Source: an archaeon
Lineage (GTDB): Archaea; Iainarchaeota; Iainarchaeia; Iainarchaeales; 0-14-0-20-34-12
Assembly: GCA_038046645.1 (NCBI GenBank)
Contig: JBBSVU010000006.1
Location: 10,304 to 74,303, forward strand
Length of the DNA stretch: 64,000 nt
Direction: 5' to 3'
Shown: in pieces, positions 28,834-39,501 of the stretch
Numbering within the stretch: position 1 is the first letter of the stretch
Layout: each line of letters opens with the position of its first letter
The notes under the pieces: generated by a model
Seen by the model: only the letters and a program-made list of their open reading frames with translations
Databases searched by the model: none
Told to the model about the DNA's origin: nothing
Program-made: the position numbers and the translations under genes

Positions 28834-29496
28834 ATGCATATTGATAAAGGATACATCAGAGCAAGCCCCTATGTCGGGATTTTTATGCGGGCTTCTGATG
28901 ACTTTATCCTTGTGCCTGATTCTATTTCTGATAAAGAATTTTCACAGGTTGCAAGTGTTTTTACAAACACTAAAATCATTAAATGCTCAATGGCTGGTTC
29001 TCAGTTAATAGGCATACTAAGTATTTCACTGAAGAATAAAATAGCAGTTTCGGATATTGTTACTGAGAAAGAAATTGCGCATTTAAGGCATTACGGATTG
29101 CAAGTCCATGTAATAAAAGGGGTAAGTGCCATTGGAAACCTTGTTTGTTTGAATGAATTTGGCGGGTTGTGCAGCAAGGCATTAACCGAATCCCAAGTTA
29201 AAGAACTCGCAACCTTTTTTGAAATACCCTTTCTGAGAATGACAATTGCAAAGTCTGACCTTGTTGGGGCATCATGTGTTGCAACAAGCAAAGGATTTAT
29301 TGTTAATCCTGGAATTAATGAGGAAGAATTCAAAAAAATAAAATCAATTTTTAAAATAAATGGCCAATTAACCTCTTCAAATTATGGTGACCGTTTTGTT
29401 GGCAATGGCATTATTGCTAACAACAATGGTGTTTTGGTCGGTGACCATACCACAACACATGAGCTAATAAGGATAGATGAAGCTTTCAGGGAATGA
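28834..29496 (+). CDS. eif6: Translation initiation factor 6 (aIF6)
   Basis: SPYVGIF, AIGNLV, LVGASCVATSKG, NYG..FVG.GIIANNNG. Confidence 0.93.
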   Translation: MHIDKGYIRASPYVGIFMRASDDFILVPDSISDKEFSQVASVFTNTKIIKCSMAGSQLIGILSISLKNKIAVSDIVTEKEIAHLRHYGLQVHVIKGVSAIGNLVCLNEFGGLCSKALTESQVKELATFFEIPFLRMTIAKSDLVGASCVATSKGFIVNPGINEEEFKKIKSIFKINGQLTSSNYGDRFVGNGIIANNNGVLVGDHTTTHELIRIDEAFRE

Positions 29497-29564
29497 GCTT
29501 TTAGGCAAAACATACATAATTATTATTTGTTAACATGATATATGATTACAAATAAGGTGATTTT

Positions 29565-30053
29565 ATGGCAGAAGCAAATAAGGAAGTGAAGCTTTCTTTA
29601 GACCAAGTATTTAATTTATATCAAACCCAAAGAAATCAGTTGGAAGGGATTGCCCAGCAGATGAATACTCTTAACAATTATGTTATTGATGTAAACAATG
29701 CAGAGCAGTCAATGAAGGAATTGCAGGAAAATACAGCAAATGAGATATTATTTTCAATAGGTTCTGGAGTTCATATTGCTGCGGAGCTCAAGGATTTGAA
29801 AAAAGTAAAAGTAAATTTGGGAGTAGATATCTTTGAAGATATGTCCTTAGATAACACAAAAACATTTCTAGAGAAGAAAAAGGCAGATTTGGTTAAAGTA
29901 ATGGAGCGTTTAAAGCAACAGGAGCAGGAGCTTCTGAAAAGTATTGCTGGCTTGGAACAGGTATTGAATGCCGCACAGCATAAAATGGTTGAAGCGCAAA
30001 AAGCCCAGCAAGCCCAAGGAAATGTAAAGAAACCATTGCCAATCATCTCGTAA
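29565..30053 (+). CDS. pfdA: Prefoldin alpha subunit
   Basis: Coiled coils flanking ILFSIGSGV...VKVNLG; conserved synteny. Confidence 0.88.
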   Translation: MAEANKEVKLSLDQVFNLYQTQRNQLEGIAQQMNTLNNYVIDVNNAEQSMKELQENTANEILFSIGSGVHIAAELKDLKKVKVNLGVDIFEDMSLDNTKTFLEKKKADLVKVMERLKQQEQELLKSIAGLEQVLNAAQHKMVEAQKAQQAQGNVKKPLPIIS

Positions 30054-30207
30054 TTGGCAATCTTTTTTCTATTTGTCAAAAATTCTTCTTTTTGACTTAC
30101 AACGTTAGGCTTGCGCAAGCTGCAGATTTCCGATATTTTTAGGGAAATTTAGTGGATTTATTAATCCAAATATTTTTAGGCATTCCCTTGCTTAATTCTT
30201 GAATACT

Positions 30208-31413
30208 ATGTTTGATATTTTAAAGAATAAAATAAAGGGATTTACTGACAAGCTAAAGCAAAAAATTGGTGCTGAGCCGCAGGCCGAAAAAGTACAAGCA
30301 GAAGAAAAACAGGCTGATGCAGAAATTATTGAAAAATCCCCTTTGCCTGAAGAAACCTTCGCTGAAGAACCAATTGAAGAAAAACCAGCAGAATTGGAAG
30401 AACCCGAAAGTTTAGAAAAACCTGCTGCAGAACCGGCTAAAGAAACTCAAAAAATTACTGAAGTTCAAAAGAATGGCAGCATTGATTTAGAGAAATTAAA
30501 AGTAGATGATAAAAGAGAAATTAAGGCATCGGTTTCAGCCACTTCCCAACTAAAAAGCTTTTTTAGTTCCCATATTGTTATTTCAGAAAAAGATATTGAC
30601 GAGTTATTGTATGATTTTGAATTAGCATTGCTCGAATCCGATGTTGACCAGGATACTGCAACATTCCTTTGTGAAAAAATAAAAAAAGAGCTTGTTGGCA
30701 AGAAGATTCCAAAAGGAAAAGAATTTGACAATTTCATCAAGCAGGAAATAAAGAATGTATTTGCAGAATCAATTTGTGTTGAACACCAGAATATTTTATC
30801 TTTGATAAAAAATAAAACAGAAAAGCCGTTTGTGATTCTTTTTTTAGGCCCTAACGGAGCTGGGAAAAGCACCAGCATGGCAAAATTAACAAACCTGCTT
30901 CAGAAAAACAATCTTTCAGTTATTTGGTCTGCTTCTGATACTTTCAGGGCAGCAGCAATTGAACAGCTTGAAAAGCATGCCGAGCGTCTGAATGTTAGAT
31001 TAGTGAAACATAAATATGGATCAGATCCTGCAGCTGTTGCATTTGATGCGGTCAGTTCCGCAAAGGCAAAGAAGATTGACCTTGTTTTGATTGATTCTGC
31101 TGGAAGGCAAGATACTAACCAGAACCTTATGGAAGAACTCAAAAAAATCGTGAGAGTAATTAAACCAGATTTGAAAATCTTTGTTGGGGAAGCCCTCTCC
31201 GGAAGATCCCTCTTGGAGCAAGCAAAAGTATTTGATAAGGAATTATCAATAGATGGCTTTATCCTGACAAAGATAGATACTGACACAAAGGGCGGAACAT
31301 CTATTTCTTTATTGCATACCCTGAAAAAACCAATTTTCTATATTGGAATTGGTCAGGGATATGATGATCTGTTAGAATTCAGCAATGAGTTTATTGTTGA
31401 TAGAATTGTATAA
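30208..31413 (+). CDS. ftsY: SRP receptor FtsY
   Basis: Acidic N-region, LLESDV, GPNGAGKST, DTFRAAAIEQL, DSAGR, TKID, GIGQ. Confidence 0.96.
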   Translation: MFDILKNKIKGFTDKLKQKIGAEPQAEKVQAEEKQADAEIIEKSPLPEETFAEEPIEEKPAELEEPESLEKPAAEPAKETQKITEVQKNGSIDLEKLKVDDKREIKASVSATSQLKSFFSSHIVISEKDIDELLYDFELALLESDVDQDTATFLCEKIKKELVGKKIPKGKEFDNFIKQEIKNVFAESICVEHQNILSLIKNKTEKPFVILFLGPNGAGKSTSMAKLTNLLQKNNLSVIWSASDTFRAAAIEQLEKHAERLNVRLVKHKYGSDPAAVAFDAVSSAKAKKIDLVLIDSAGRQDTNQNLMEELKKIVRVIKPDLKIFVGEALSGRSLLEQAKVFDKELSIDGFILTKIDTDTKGGTSISLLHTLKKPIFYIGIGQGYDDLLEFSNEFIVDRIV

Positions 31414-31508
31414 ATTCCATTATTTTTTAGCTAAAACATAAAAGTAATAAAGCAAAAATAGAAAAATAAAGGGAAAAATCCCTTTACTTTATTAAAATTT
31501 TACTTATT

Positions 31509-32612
31509 TTACACTAAGGTTTTTGGCTCAACGAAAGGCAAACCAAATGCGTCCGCAACTCCCTTGTGGGTAATCTTTCCCTTGTATATATTCAATCCTC
31601 TCATGAAACCATCATCATCCTTCAATGCCTTCAATCCCTTGTTTGCAAGCTTTATTGCATAAGGCAAGGTAGCTGTTGTTAATGCAATTGTGCTAGTCCT
31701 TGGATATGCCCCAGGCATATTAGCAACACAATAATGTGTTACCCCCCCTACCTTATATACTGGGTCTGCATGCGTTGTTGCATGGCTTGTTTCTACACAT
31801 CCACCCTGGTCAATCGCAACATCCACAATAACTGAACCGTCCTGCATTGTCAGTACCATGTCTTTAGAAATTACTTTCGGGGCTTTTGCTCCTTCAACTA
31901 AAACTGCGCCAACAACTAAATCAGCATCTAAAATTTCTTTCGCAACCTTTGCTTTGTCTGATTTTTCAAATCTTGCTTTAGGGTATTTTTTCTTCAATTC
32001 TGCTATTCTTTTATCACTTAATTCAAAAAGAACTACATCTCCCCTTAACCCATATGCATTCATTAGGGCATTCTCACCTACAACCCCTCCTCCAATAATA
32101 ACTGTTTTTGAAGGTTTGGTATTTTCTACTGGTGACAACAACATCCCTCTCCCTTGGAACGGTTTTGCCAGATAATAAGCACCCATTATTACTGCCATTT
32201 GCCCAGCTACCTCACTCATCGGCTTTAAGAGTGGCAATTTTCCGTCTTTTTCAACAGTTTCATATGCTACACAACATATCTTTCTTTTTAACATTTCATC
32301 AGTCAATTGTTTTCCCGAGGCAAAGTGGAAATAGGTAAACAATATTTGGTCTTCTCTGAAATGGTCATATTCCTGAGGCAATGGTTCTTTTACTTTTATT
32401 ACCATATCTGATTTTGTGCATACCTCTTTTGGTGTTGCCAATAGTTGAGCACCAGCAGCAGTATATTCCTCATCCTTAAATCCAGAACCTAAGCCTGCTC
32501 CCTTCTCTACAAAAACAGTATGGCCGGCTTTTGTTAATTCTTTTGCTCCGCTAGGAGCCAAACCAACCCTGTTTTCGTTGTTTTTTATTTCTTTAATAGT
32601 TCCAACTATCAA
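31509..32612 (-). CDS. ald: Alanine dehydrogenase, bacterial type (probable TTG start)
   Basis: KEIKNNENRV, KVKEP, PMSEVAG, GGGVVG, DVAIDQGG, VANMPGA. Confidence 0.95.
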   Translation of the reverse strand: MIVGTIKEIKNNENRVGLAPSGAKELTKAGHTVFVEKGAGLGSGFKDEEYTAAGAQLLATPKEVCTKSDMVIKVKEPLPQEYDHFREDQILFTYFHFASGKQLTDEMLKRKICCVAYETVEKDGKLPLLKPMSEVAGQMAVIMGAYYLAKPFQGRGMLLSPVENTKPSKTVIIGGGVVGENALMNAYGLRGDVVLFELSDKRIAELKKKYPKARFEKSDKAKVAKEILDADLVVGAVLVEGAKAPKVISKDMVLTMQDGSVIVDVAIDQGGCVETSHATTHADPVYKVGGVTHYCVANMPGAYPRTSTIALTTATLPYAIKLANKGLKALKDDDGFMRGLNIYKGKITHKGVADAFGLPFVEPKTLV

Positions 32613-32785
32613 ATTCTCGCCCCCCATCATAGATGGCAAACAAACTCTGAGATTAAAGTATTAAATAGCTTTGCTTTTTCAAGCTGCAGATTCCCTGCAA
32701 TTGTCGATTATCAACTGCAGGGTTGTTTTTATGCAGTAAAAAGCGTTCAATTATTTGATAAATATTATGTTTTACAAAAGTAACT

Positions 32786-34132
32786 ATGCTTGGCGAAAAA
32801 CTAAGACAGGCCTTGGACATACTTCAACATTCTGCTTTAGACCGAGATACAATTAAAGCAGTAACAAAAGAAATGCAAAGAGCCTTAATCTCAAGTGACG
32901 TTCCCCTTGATTTAGTTTTAGACTTAAGCAAAAAGATTGAAGAATTCTCAAATGAAAAGCCGCAAGCAAATATTACTATTAGGGAACATTTGATAAGAAA
33001 AATTTATGATAGTTTGGCAGAATTGCTTGGCGGAGATTTTGAATTACCACAAACAAAAAAAATTCTCCTTGTTGGACTTTTTGGGACTGGTAAAACGACA
33101 ACCACCGCTAGATTGGCAAAGTGGTATGCAAAAAGAGGCAAGTCTGTTTTAGTTGTTTGTGCAGATACTTTTAGGCCAGCAAGTTATGAACAATTGCAGC
33201 AGCTTTCCGAGAAAGCACAAGTAGCGTTTTATGGTGAAAAAAATGAAAAATTGCCTTATAAAATTGTCCAAAATGCTTTGCAGAAATTCAAGGATAAAGA
33301 CATTATAATTGTTGATTCAGCAGGAAGAAGTGCTCTTGATAGGGAAATGGTTGATGAGGTAAAAGACATCCACATGGTATTTGCTGCAGATCAGAACTGG
33401 CTTGTTCTTTCAGCAGATATCGGGCAGGTTGCGAACAAACAAGCAAAAGCATTCCATGATGCTATCGGAGTTAACGGAATTATAATTACCAAGATGGATG
33501 GTTCAGCAAAAGGAGGAGGTGCATTAGCAGCATGTCACCAGACAAAAGCGCCTGTTTATTTCATTGGAGTAGGGGAAAAGCTTGAGGATTTGGAACAGTT
33601 TAATGCTACGCGTTATTTGAGCAGGATACTTGGATATGGCGATTTGCAATCCTTAATTGAAAAAACAGCAGAGCTTTCATCTGATGAAGAATTGTCGCCA
33701 GAGGATTTGTTAAAAGGCGATTTTACATTAAAAACATTTTACAAACAATTAGAAATGGCCCGTAAGATTGGGCCTTTTGCCAAAGTAGCGGAAATGCTTG
33801 GCATGAAACAGCATCTACAGGCCGAACAGCTAAAAGTAGGGGAAGAGAAACTTAAATCCTATAAAGTAATCATGGACAGCATGACTCCGCAAGAGTTAAA
33901 TGACCCTGATATTTTAAGCAAGCAAAGAATCCACAGGATTGCAAAAGGTTCAGGAAAATCAGAATCAGATGTCCGTGACCTTATCAAGCAGTACAACCAA
34001 ATGGCAAAGATGTTCAAGCAGTTCAGCAAGCTGAATGAAAAGGATTTGCAAAATATGGATCAATCAAAGATGCAGCGCATGATGAAAAAAATGCAGCTTG
34101 GCGGAAAGAAAAAGAGATTGCTCATACGGTAA
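32786..34132 (+). CDS. srp54: Signal recognition particle protein SRP54
   Basis: GLFGTGKTTT, DTFRPA, DSAGR, TKMDG, M domain IMDSMT...RIAKGSG. Confidence 0.96.
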   Translation: MLGEKLRQALDILQHSALDRDTIKAVTKEMQRALISSDVPLDLVLDLSKKIEEFSNEKPQANITIREHLIRKIYDSLAELLGGDFELPQTKKILLVGLFGTGKTTTTARLAKWYAKRGKSVLVVCADTFRPASYEQLQQLSEKAQVAFYGEKNEKLPYKIVQNALQKFKDKDIIIVDSAGRSALDREMVDEVKDIHMVFAADQNWLVLSADIGQVANKQAKAFHDAIGVNGIIITKMDGSAKGGGALAACHQTKAPVYFIGVGEKLEDLEQFNATRYLSRILGYGDLQSLIEKTAELSSDEELSPEDLLKGDFTLKTFYKQLEMARKIGPFAKVAEMLGMKQHLQAEQLKVGEEKLKSYKVIMDSMTPQELNDPDILSKQRIHRIAKGSGKSESDVRDLIKQYNQMAKMFKQFSKLNEKDLQNMDQSKMQRMMKKMQLGGKKKRLLIR

Positions 34133-34162
34133 AAAAATAAATCTAAGTATTGTTGATGGCTT

Positions 34163-34966
34163 ATGTTATTTTTGGAAATCAGATTGGCAATATTATTTTT
34201 AGTCTGCGTTCTGGCAACAATTACTGACCTAAAAAAAGGCTTAATCTATGATAAAATTACCCTGCCCGCCGTAGGTTTAGGGATCATCCTTAATATCCTT
34301 GATTTTAACATTTATAATTTTGCAATCCCCTTTTTTGTTTTCATCTTCTTTTTGATTTTATATTACTTAGGCAAGCTTGGGGGCGGGGATGTTAAATTAT
34401 TCCTAGCAGTTTCTTTATTGCTCCCATTTTACAACGACCAAATCTTTATCATTCCGGCATTATTTTTTTCTGCGTTGTTTTCAGTTATTTTCCTTTCGGT
34501 TTTTTACACAGTGAAATATATAAAATCAGGGATTGATTTGCAGAAAAACAAAAAGGGCATTCTGCAAGCATCAGTGCTTGCAATGTTGATTTTAGTTTAC
34601 GGCTTTTTTATGTTATCTACAGCCACACTTTCACTGAATTCTGTTTTGTTCATTACAATTCCATTGCTTTTTGCCATGCCTTTTTTGGCTTTCCAGAGCG
34701 GAATAAAGGAAAAATTCTTTTTGAAATATGTTTCTCTTTCTGATCTTGAGGAAGATGAGGTAATTGCAAAGGAATTCTTTGAAAATAAGGAGATGTTCCA
34801 GGCAAAAGGGATAATTACTGAAGAGGATAAAATAAAATTAAAACAACTAGATATAGACAAAGTCCCTGTTTACCGGGAATTGCCGCCATTTGCCCCCTTC
34901 TTTCTAGTTGGAACAATTTTGGCATTATTATTCCCAAATTTTTTAAGCCTGCTTTTTATTTCCTGA
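34163..34966 (+). CDS. A24 family prepilin/prearchaellin peptidase
   Basis: TD early motif, GGGDVK catalytic motif, PFAPF C-terminus, multiple TM helices. Confidence 0.88.
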   Translation: MLFLEIRLAILFLVCVLATITDLKKGLIYDKITLPAVGLGIILNILDFNIYNFAIPFFVFIFFLILYYLGKLGGGDVKLFLAVSLLLPFYNDQIFIIPALFFSALFSVIFLSVFYTVKYIKSGIDLQKNKKGILQASVLAMLILVYGFFMLSTATLSLNSVLFITIPLLFAMPFLAFQSGIKEKFFLKYVSLSDLEEDEVIAKEFFENKEMFQAKGIITEEDKIKLKQLDIDKVPVYRELPPFAPFFLVGTILALLFPNFLSLLFIS

Positions 34967-35048
34967 AACGTTAATTATAAATTCTGCAGATGTGCTATAC
35001 ATATACCACACAGTAAATTTGGATTTATATTCTTTGGAGGGATTTTTT

Positions 35049-35561
35049 ATGGCAAAGAGTCATGGCATTAACAGAGGTTTATGGGTTACCTTGGGAGTTG
35101 TTGCTGCTGTTGCCGGCGGGTTTGCTGGTTCGCAGGTTAATACAATGGGCCAAGCATATGATTTGGCAAGAAGGGAATTTTCTGAAGCAGAAGTTAGGAA
35201 ATATACTAAAGAGATTGATAGGTTAACTTGGGCTGTTGCTGGTGAAAAAATAAATTTGGGCATAGATACAGTTGTAGGAAAAGATACTGCCTGGAGAGAA
35301 AAAAAGATAGATTCAATGGCCAAGCGTGTTGAAGGAATGAAATTTGATAAATACCGTATTGGAACCGGAAGGCTTTCTTTTTTGGAGCATTTTAAAGTAA
35401 TAAAAGGCGCACCAAAATTCTTTAAACCAACTCTCCCAAAAACGGCTAAACGAATGAAGCAGGCTGGAATGGGTGCAGGTGCAGGGGCTGGATTTATTGC
35501 TTTAGGTGCTGCAGCAGCTGCAATCAGGAGAAGAAGAAGCCATCACCACGCAAGAAGATAA
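35049..35561 (+). CDS. Orphan protein with Gly/Ala-rich hydrophobic ends and basic tail
   Basis: GGAGG SD before ATG; two Gly/Ala-rich segments; ends RRRRSHHHARR. Confidence 0.75.
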   Translation: MAKSHGINRGLWVTLGVVAAVAGGFAGSQVNTMGQAYDLARREFSEAEVRKYTKEIDRLTWAVAGEKINLGIDTVVGKDTAWREKKIDSMAKRVEGMKFDKYRIGTGRLSFLEHFKVIKGAPKFFKPTLPKTAKRMKQAGMGAGAGAGFIALGAAAAAIRRRRSHHHARR

Positions 35562-35569
35562 TTATAATT

Positions 35570-35660
35570 ATAGCAAACGACATTAATTTTTGAACAAATA
35601 TTATCGTTTACTAGATAGCAAATGACATTGAGTTGGTCAATTATTTTTGTCATTTGCTAT
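35570..35660. repeat. Tandem pair of inverted-repeat units
   Basis: ATAGCAAACGACA..TATCGTTTACTA followed by ATAGCAAATGACA..TGTCATTTGCTAT, 45-bp period. Confidence 0.65.
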
Positions 35661-35762
35661 ATCTTCTTATCCCCCTGAGTTTATTCCTTGCGCAGAAAAA
35701 TCCTCCTGCCTTAAACCTATGCAAGGCATGAAAAAATAAGAGAAATTCAGATTAAAAAGAAA

Positions 35763-36563
35763 TTATTTTATTGGTTTAAGCAGATTATAATCTACAGGAA
35801 TCTTCTTGATTAAGCTATAATTTATTGGGATCTTTTTGAATTTTCCAACACTTGAATATAATACAAACAGCCCAAATTTATCCCCTGCCTCTAATGTCCT
35901 TAAATCATAGCTTCCTTTAGTACTTTGTGCCATCCCAAACATAGTATTGCTTTCACAACCTTGGGCCCAAACATCCGCCAACCCTATGGCATGGCCTAAT
36001 TCATGTGTTAATATCCCTTGAAAATCTATTTTGTTCTGGTTCTGCAAGTAATCGCCCCAGTCAAAATCCTTTGCATTGAATTCTATGTTTGCGCCAATTA
36101 TCTTGTCTCCATAATAGTAATATTTTGCTTGTGCTGGTATGTATTTTCCCAATTTTGAATCCTTATTGAAATAAATGAAAGTATTGTCACCAGAGGTTTC
36201 TATGCTTGAATTAGGGTCAATTCCTACGATCCCAAATATGTTCGTGTTATACATTTCCCAAGCATTTATTGTATTTTTTGTTGCATTTTCTACTGCCAAA
36301 CTGCTTAATCCGGAATAATTTGTCGGGTTTACCAAAATATTCAGCGGTTCTTTTACCTTTGGCCCAATGAATCCATAGCATTTCTGTTCTGGCTCAGGTG
36401 ATGATGATGCCAATGGCAGAAAATTCGGATTTTGAGGAATAGTTTTTTCTGTGAGATTGTTCTTTTTTGCATACTCCTGGCTGATTGCATATGAAAATCC
36501 AGCCAGTAAAACTATCAGAATTATTATGCTAAATAATCGCATTACATTTACCTTATTGCTCAT
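35763..36563 (-). CDS. Secreted matrixin-like (metzincin) metalloprotease
   Basis: Signal peptide, HELGHAIGLAD zinc motif, NTMF Met-turn. Confidence 0.85.
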   Translation of the reverse strand: MSNKVNVMRLFSIIILIVLLAGFSYAISQEYAKKNNLTEKTIPQNPNFLPLASSSPEPEQKCYGFIGPKVKEPLNILVNPTNYSGLSSLAVENATKNTINAWEMYNTNIFGIVGIDPNSSIETSGDNTFIYFNKDSKLGKYIPAQAKYYYYGDKIIGANIEFNAKDFDWGDYLQNQNKIDFQGILTHELGHAIGLADVWAQGCESNTMFGMAQSTKGSYDLRTLEAGDKFGLFVLYSSVGKFKKIPINYSLIKKIPVDYNLLKPIK

Positions 36564-36631
36564 AATAATCTTCTGAAAAGAACTGTTTAAAAAGGCGGAA
36601 TTTATTGGGTTTTCCCTTATTTCTGCTATGC

Positions 36632-36934
36632 TTAATTAACTGCTTTTCTTAAGGCTTTCTTAAAACCGCACTCCTTGCAAACAACCCTTTCAAAGCCTTT
36701 TTCAATAACAATCTCGGCATTTTTCCCTTTCTTCAAGAATGCACCGCATTTCTTGCAGAATTTTTCCTTGAATTCCTTTGGAATCTTTACCCTATTCCGT
36801 GTTCCGATCTTCCTTACCAATTCAACATATCTCTTGCTTCTTTCAGGGTGCTTTTCAAACTCTGTTTCAGCTAACTCAAATAATCGGTAAATCCTTTCCA
36901 AAGAAATCTTTTCCACAAAACCCTTATTTGCCAT
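36632..36934 (-). CDS. rnp4: Ribonuclease P protein Rpp21
   Basis: ERIYRLF, RYV.L...I, FCKKC...CKECG. Confidence 0.92.
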   Translation of the reverse strand: MANKGFVEKISLERIYRLFELAETEFEKHPERSKRYVELVRKIGTRNRVKIPKEFKEKFCKKCGAFLKKGKNAEIVIEKGFERVVCKECGFKKALRKAVN

Positions 36935-37118
36935 AAAAATCATTTTCTTTTTGTTATCCTTAGAAACATTCATGCAGGCATACTGAAACTGGATTAACTG
37001 TTATTTTAAACTGAATTATTAATTCATGCGATAGAAAGGGTTAAAAAGATATTACTCTATTATTAACAATATTAAAATTATAGTGTATACTAAAATTCAT
37101 AAGTATATTATTTTGGTA

Positions 37119-38411
37119 ATGAGGCAAAAACATATGCTGGAAAATAAAAATGGGAAATTTTTCCCAAGAAAACTGTTTTCGCCTTTGTTGTCGCTGGCAA
37201 GGGATAAAAAAGTTTCTTTGATTTTAGGCGCAAGACAGACAGGAAAAACCACCCTTCTAAAGCAGCTTTACTTAGAATTTTCTAAGGCTAACAAATGCCT
37301 TTTTTTAGATTTGGATGTTTTGTCAAATTATGAAAAAGTCAGCACCTTTGAAAAGTTGTTGAACACCATTAAAGTTAATGAGTATGCTGAAGATCAGAAG
37401 GATTTCTTTTTTCTGTTTCTTGATGAATTCCAAAAATATCCTTCAATGACAAAGATTATGAAAAATGTTTATGATAACTTAGACAATGTTAAGATCTATG
37501 CGTCAGGTTCTTCTTCTGTGACTATAAAAGATCAGGTGCAGGAATCATTAGCTGGGAGAAAGAGGATTATCGAGCTTTTTCCGCTTGATTTTGAAGAATT
37601 TTTATGGTTCAAGCAAAGGCATAAGCTTGCTAAAAACCTTTTAAATATAAGCAAATTGAAGGGGAGGGATTTGCATTCTTCACTGAAGGAGTATTATGCC
37701 TTGTTGGAGGAATTTCTCATTTTTGGCGGTTACCCTGAGGTTGCCTTGAAAAGCACTAAGGAAGAAAAAATCGAGGTGCTCTCAAGCATTTTTGATCTTT
37801 ATGTTAAAAAAGACCTGGTTGAGTACTTAAATATGGAAAAAATTCTTGAAACAAAGAAGTTGATTGAATTTTTAGCAGTGAATAACGGGCAAAAAATAAA
37901 ATATGAGGCTCTATCTGCAATTACTTCTTTAACGTTTAATGAAATAAAAAGGCAGATTGAAATATTAAGCGAAACTTATGTTATTGAAGTTTTGAGACCA
38001 TTTTACACCAATAAGAATAAAGAGATAGTAAAGATCCCCAAGATTTATTTTGTAGACCCTGGCGTAAGAAATTTTTTCATAAATAATTTCAATGGATTAG
38101 CATTAAGGAATGACTATGGTTTCCTGTTTGAAGGGTTTGTGATATCCGAACTTTTGAAGAAGGGAACAAGAAACCTGAAATTCTGGCAAGATAAGAACGG
38201 AAATGAAGTTGATATCATTATTGAAGGTACTGGTTTAATTCCAATTGAAGTAAAATTCAAGCAAAACCTAAAGTCAGAAGATTTTAGGGGCATTGAAGCG
38301 TTCTTGAAGGAATACACTAAAGTGAAAAAGAGTTATTTAATCAACCTGAATTTCCAAAAAACCCAAAGAAAAATCAAATTCATTTTGCCATACTGCCTAA
38401 ATCTGCGGTGA
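37119..38411 (+). CDS. AAA+ ATPase, AAA_14/DUF4143 family
   Basis: GARQTGKT, LDEFQ, SGSS, ESLAGR, GGYPE, KIYFVDPG, EVD..IEVK. Confidence 0.92.
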   Translation: MRQKHMLENKNGKFFPRKLFSPLLSLARDKKVSLILGARQTGKTTLLKQLYLEFSKANKCLFLDLDVLSNYEKVSTFEKLLNTIKVNEYAEDQKDFFFLFLDEFQKYPSMTKIMKNVYDNLDNVKIYASGSSSVTIKDQVQESLAGRKRIIELFPLDFEEFLWFKQRHKLAKNLLNISKLKGRDLHSSLKEYYALLEEFLIFGGYPEVALKSTKEEKIEVLSSIFDLYVKKDLVEYLNMEKILETKKLIEFLAVNNGQKIKYEALSAITSLTFNEIKRQIEILSETYVIEVLRPFYTNKNKEIVKIPKIYFVDPGVRNFFINNFNGLALRNDYGFLFEGFVISELLKKGTRNLKFWQDKNGNEVDIIIEGTGLIPIEVKFKQNLKSEDFRGIEAFLKEYTKVKKSYLINLNFQKTQRKIKFILPYCLNLR

Positions 38412-38434
38412 GTTTCTGGCAAAATAAATTTTTT

Positions 38435-39406
38435 CTAAGTTATCAACGAATAATTCAGTTTATGCTCCTTTGTGATTGTTAAAATCTCGCAAGAATCAAT
38501 AATATCGGAGAACTTCTCCCTTAGTTCATCCATTATTTTCCTTAGCTCTTCCCTTCCTTTTACCTCAAAATCAAAATGGACATCAGCCAACCCAATCTCC
38601 TGTATTAAATAAATTACATTTGGATGGTTCTCCCCATAACCTACAAAATCCTGCAGCCTTTTTGCAGTAATATTCCTCAATGAAAATATTGCCTTGAAAT
38701 AATAAAGCCCGATCTTCTCCAAATTTAATCTAATCCAATGGTGGATTAACCCTATCTTTTCAAGCCTTTTAATCCTATAGCTTACTGCTTCCGGGGTAAT
38801 TCCTGCCTCTTTTGCCAATTCCTGCAATGTTGCCCTTGAATTTTTTGATAATTTCAATCCAATTTCAATATCAATTTTATCCAATTCTGCTTTCTCTGCA
38901 GGCACAAAAATATTCCTTGAACTTTCTTTAGGTATTTTCTCCTCAATGAGGTATTTTCTGTTGAAATAACTCAATCTTGTCCTGAAATAAAAAGTTCTAG
39001 CTTTAATCTTTTCCCCAAATTTGTATGTAAATTGCTGCAAAAAATCAAAATAATCTGCAATTGTCTTCCATCTAGTATTTATTAATAAATCCCAATGGCC
39101 TTCAGTTGAAACAACCCAGCTAACGTTATTGCTTTCTTTAAAATAATTTATTATTTGATTTTCATCTTCTTTTGTTGCTCCCTTGAATTTGAATAAGATT
39201 GCATAGTCTGTGTAACCCAATGCCCCAATATTCCATGTTGTAATAAACTCTTCAATTATCCCTCTTTCTAACATCCTTTCAATCCTGAATTTCACTACTT
39301 GTTTGCTTAACCCTACTTTTTTTGCTATTTCTGAATATGATTTCCTTGAATTTCTATCTAATTCAAATAAAATCTTGCGGTCCTTCAAATCTAGTTCATA
39401 TGCCAT
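38435..39406 (-). CDS. Duplicated-domain Lrp/AsnC transcriptional regulator
   Basis: Two HTH modules: LDLKDRKIL..L..NSR and LDKIDIEI...L..NSR. Confidence 0.9.
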   Translation of the reverse strand: MAYELDLKDRKILFELDRNSRKSYSEIAKKVGLSKQVVKFRIERMLERGIIEEFITTWNIGALGYTDYAILFKFKGATKEDENQIINYFKESNNVSWVVSTEGHWDLLINTRWKTIADYFDFLQQFTYKFGEKIKARTFYFRTRLSYFNRKYLIEEKIPKESSRNIFVPAEKAELDKIDIEIGLKLSKNSRATLQELAKEAGITPEAVSYRIKRLEKIGLIHHWIRLNLEKIGLYYFKAIFSLRNITAKRLQDFVGYGENHPNVIYLIQEIGLADVHFDFEVKGREELRKIMDELREKFSDIIDSCEILTITKEHKLNYSLIT

Positions 39407-39501
39407 ATATATAACTATCCTAAATAGTTATATTTAATTATTTTGTTTTGACAAAAAATTGACTACTAATGTATTTCTTTTACAAAAGCAATATGTTCTA
39501 T

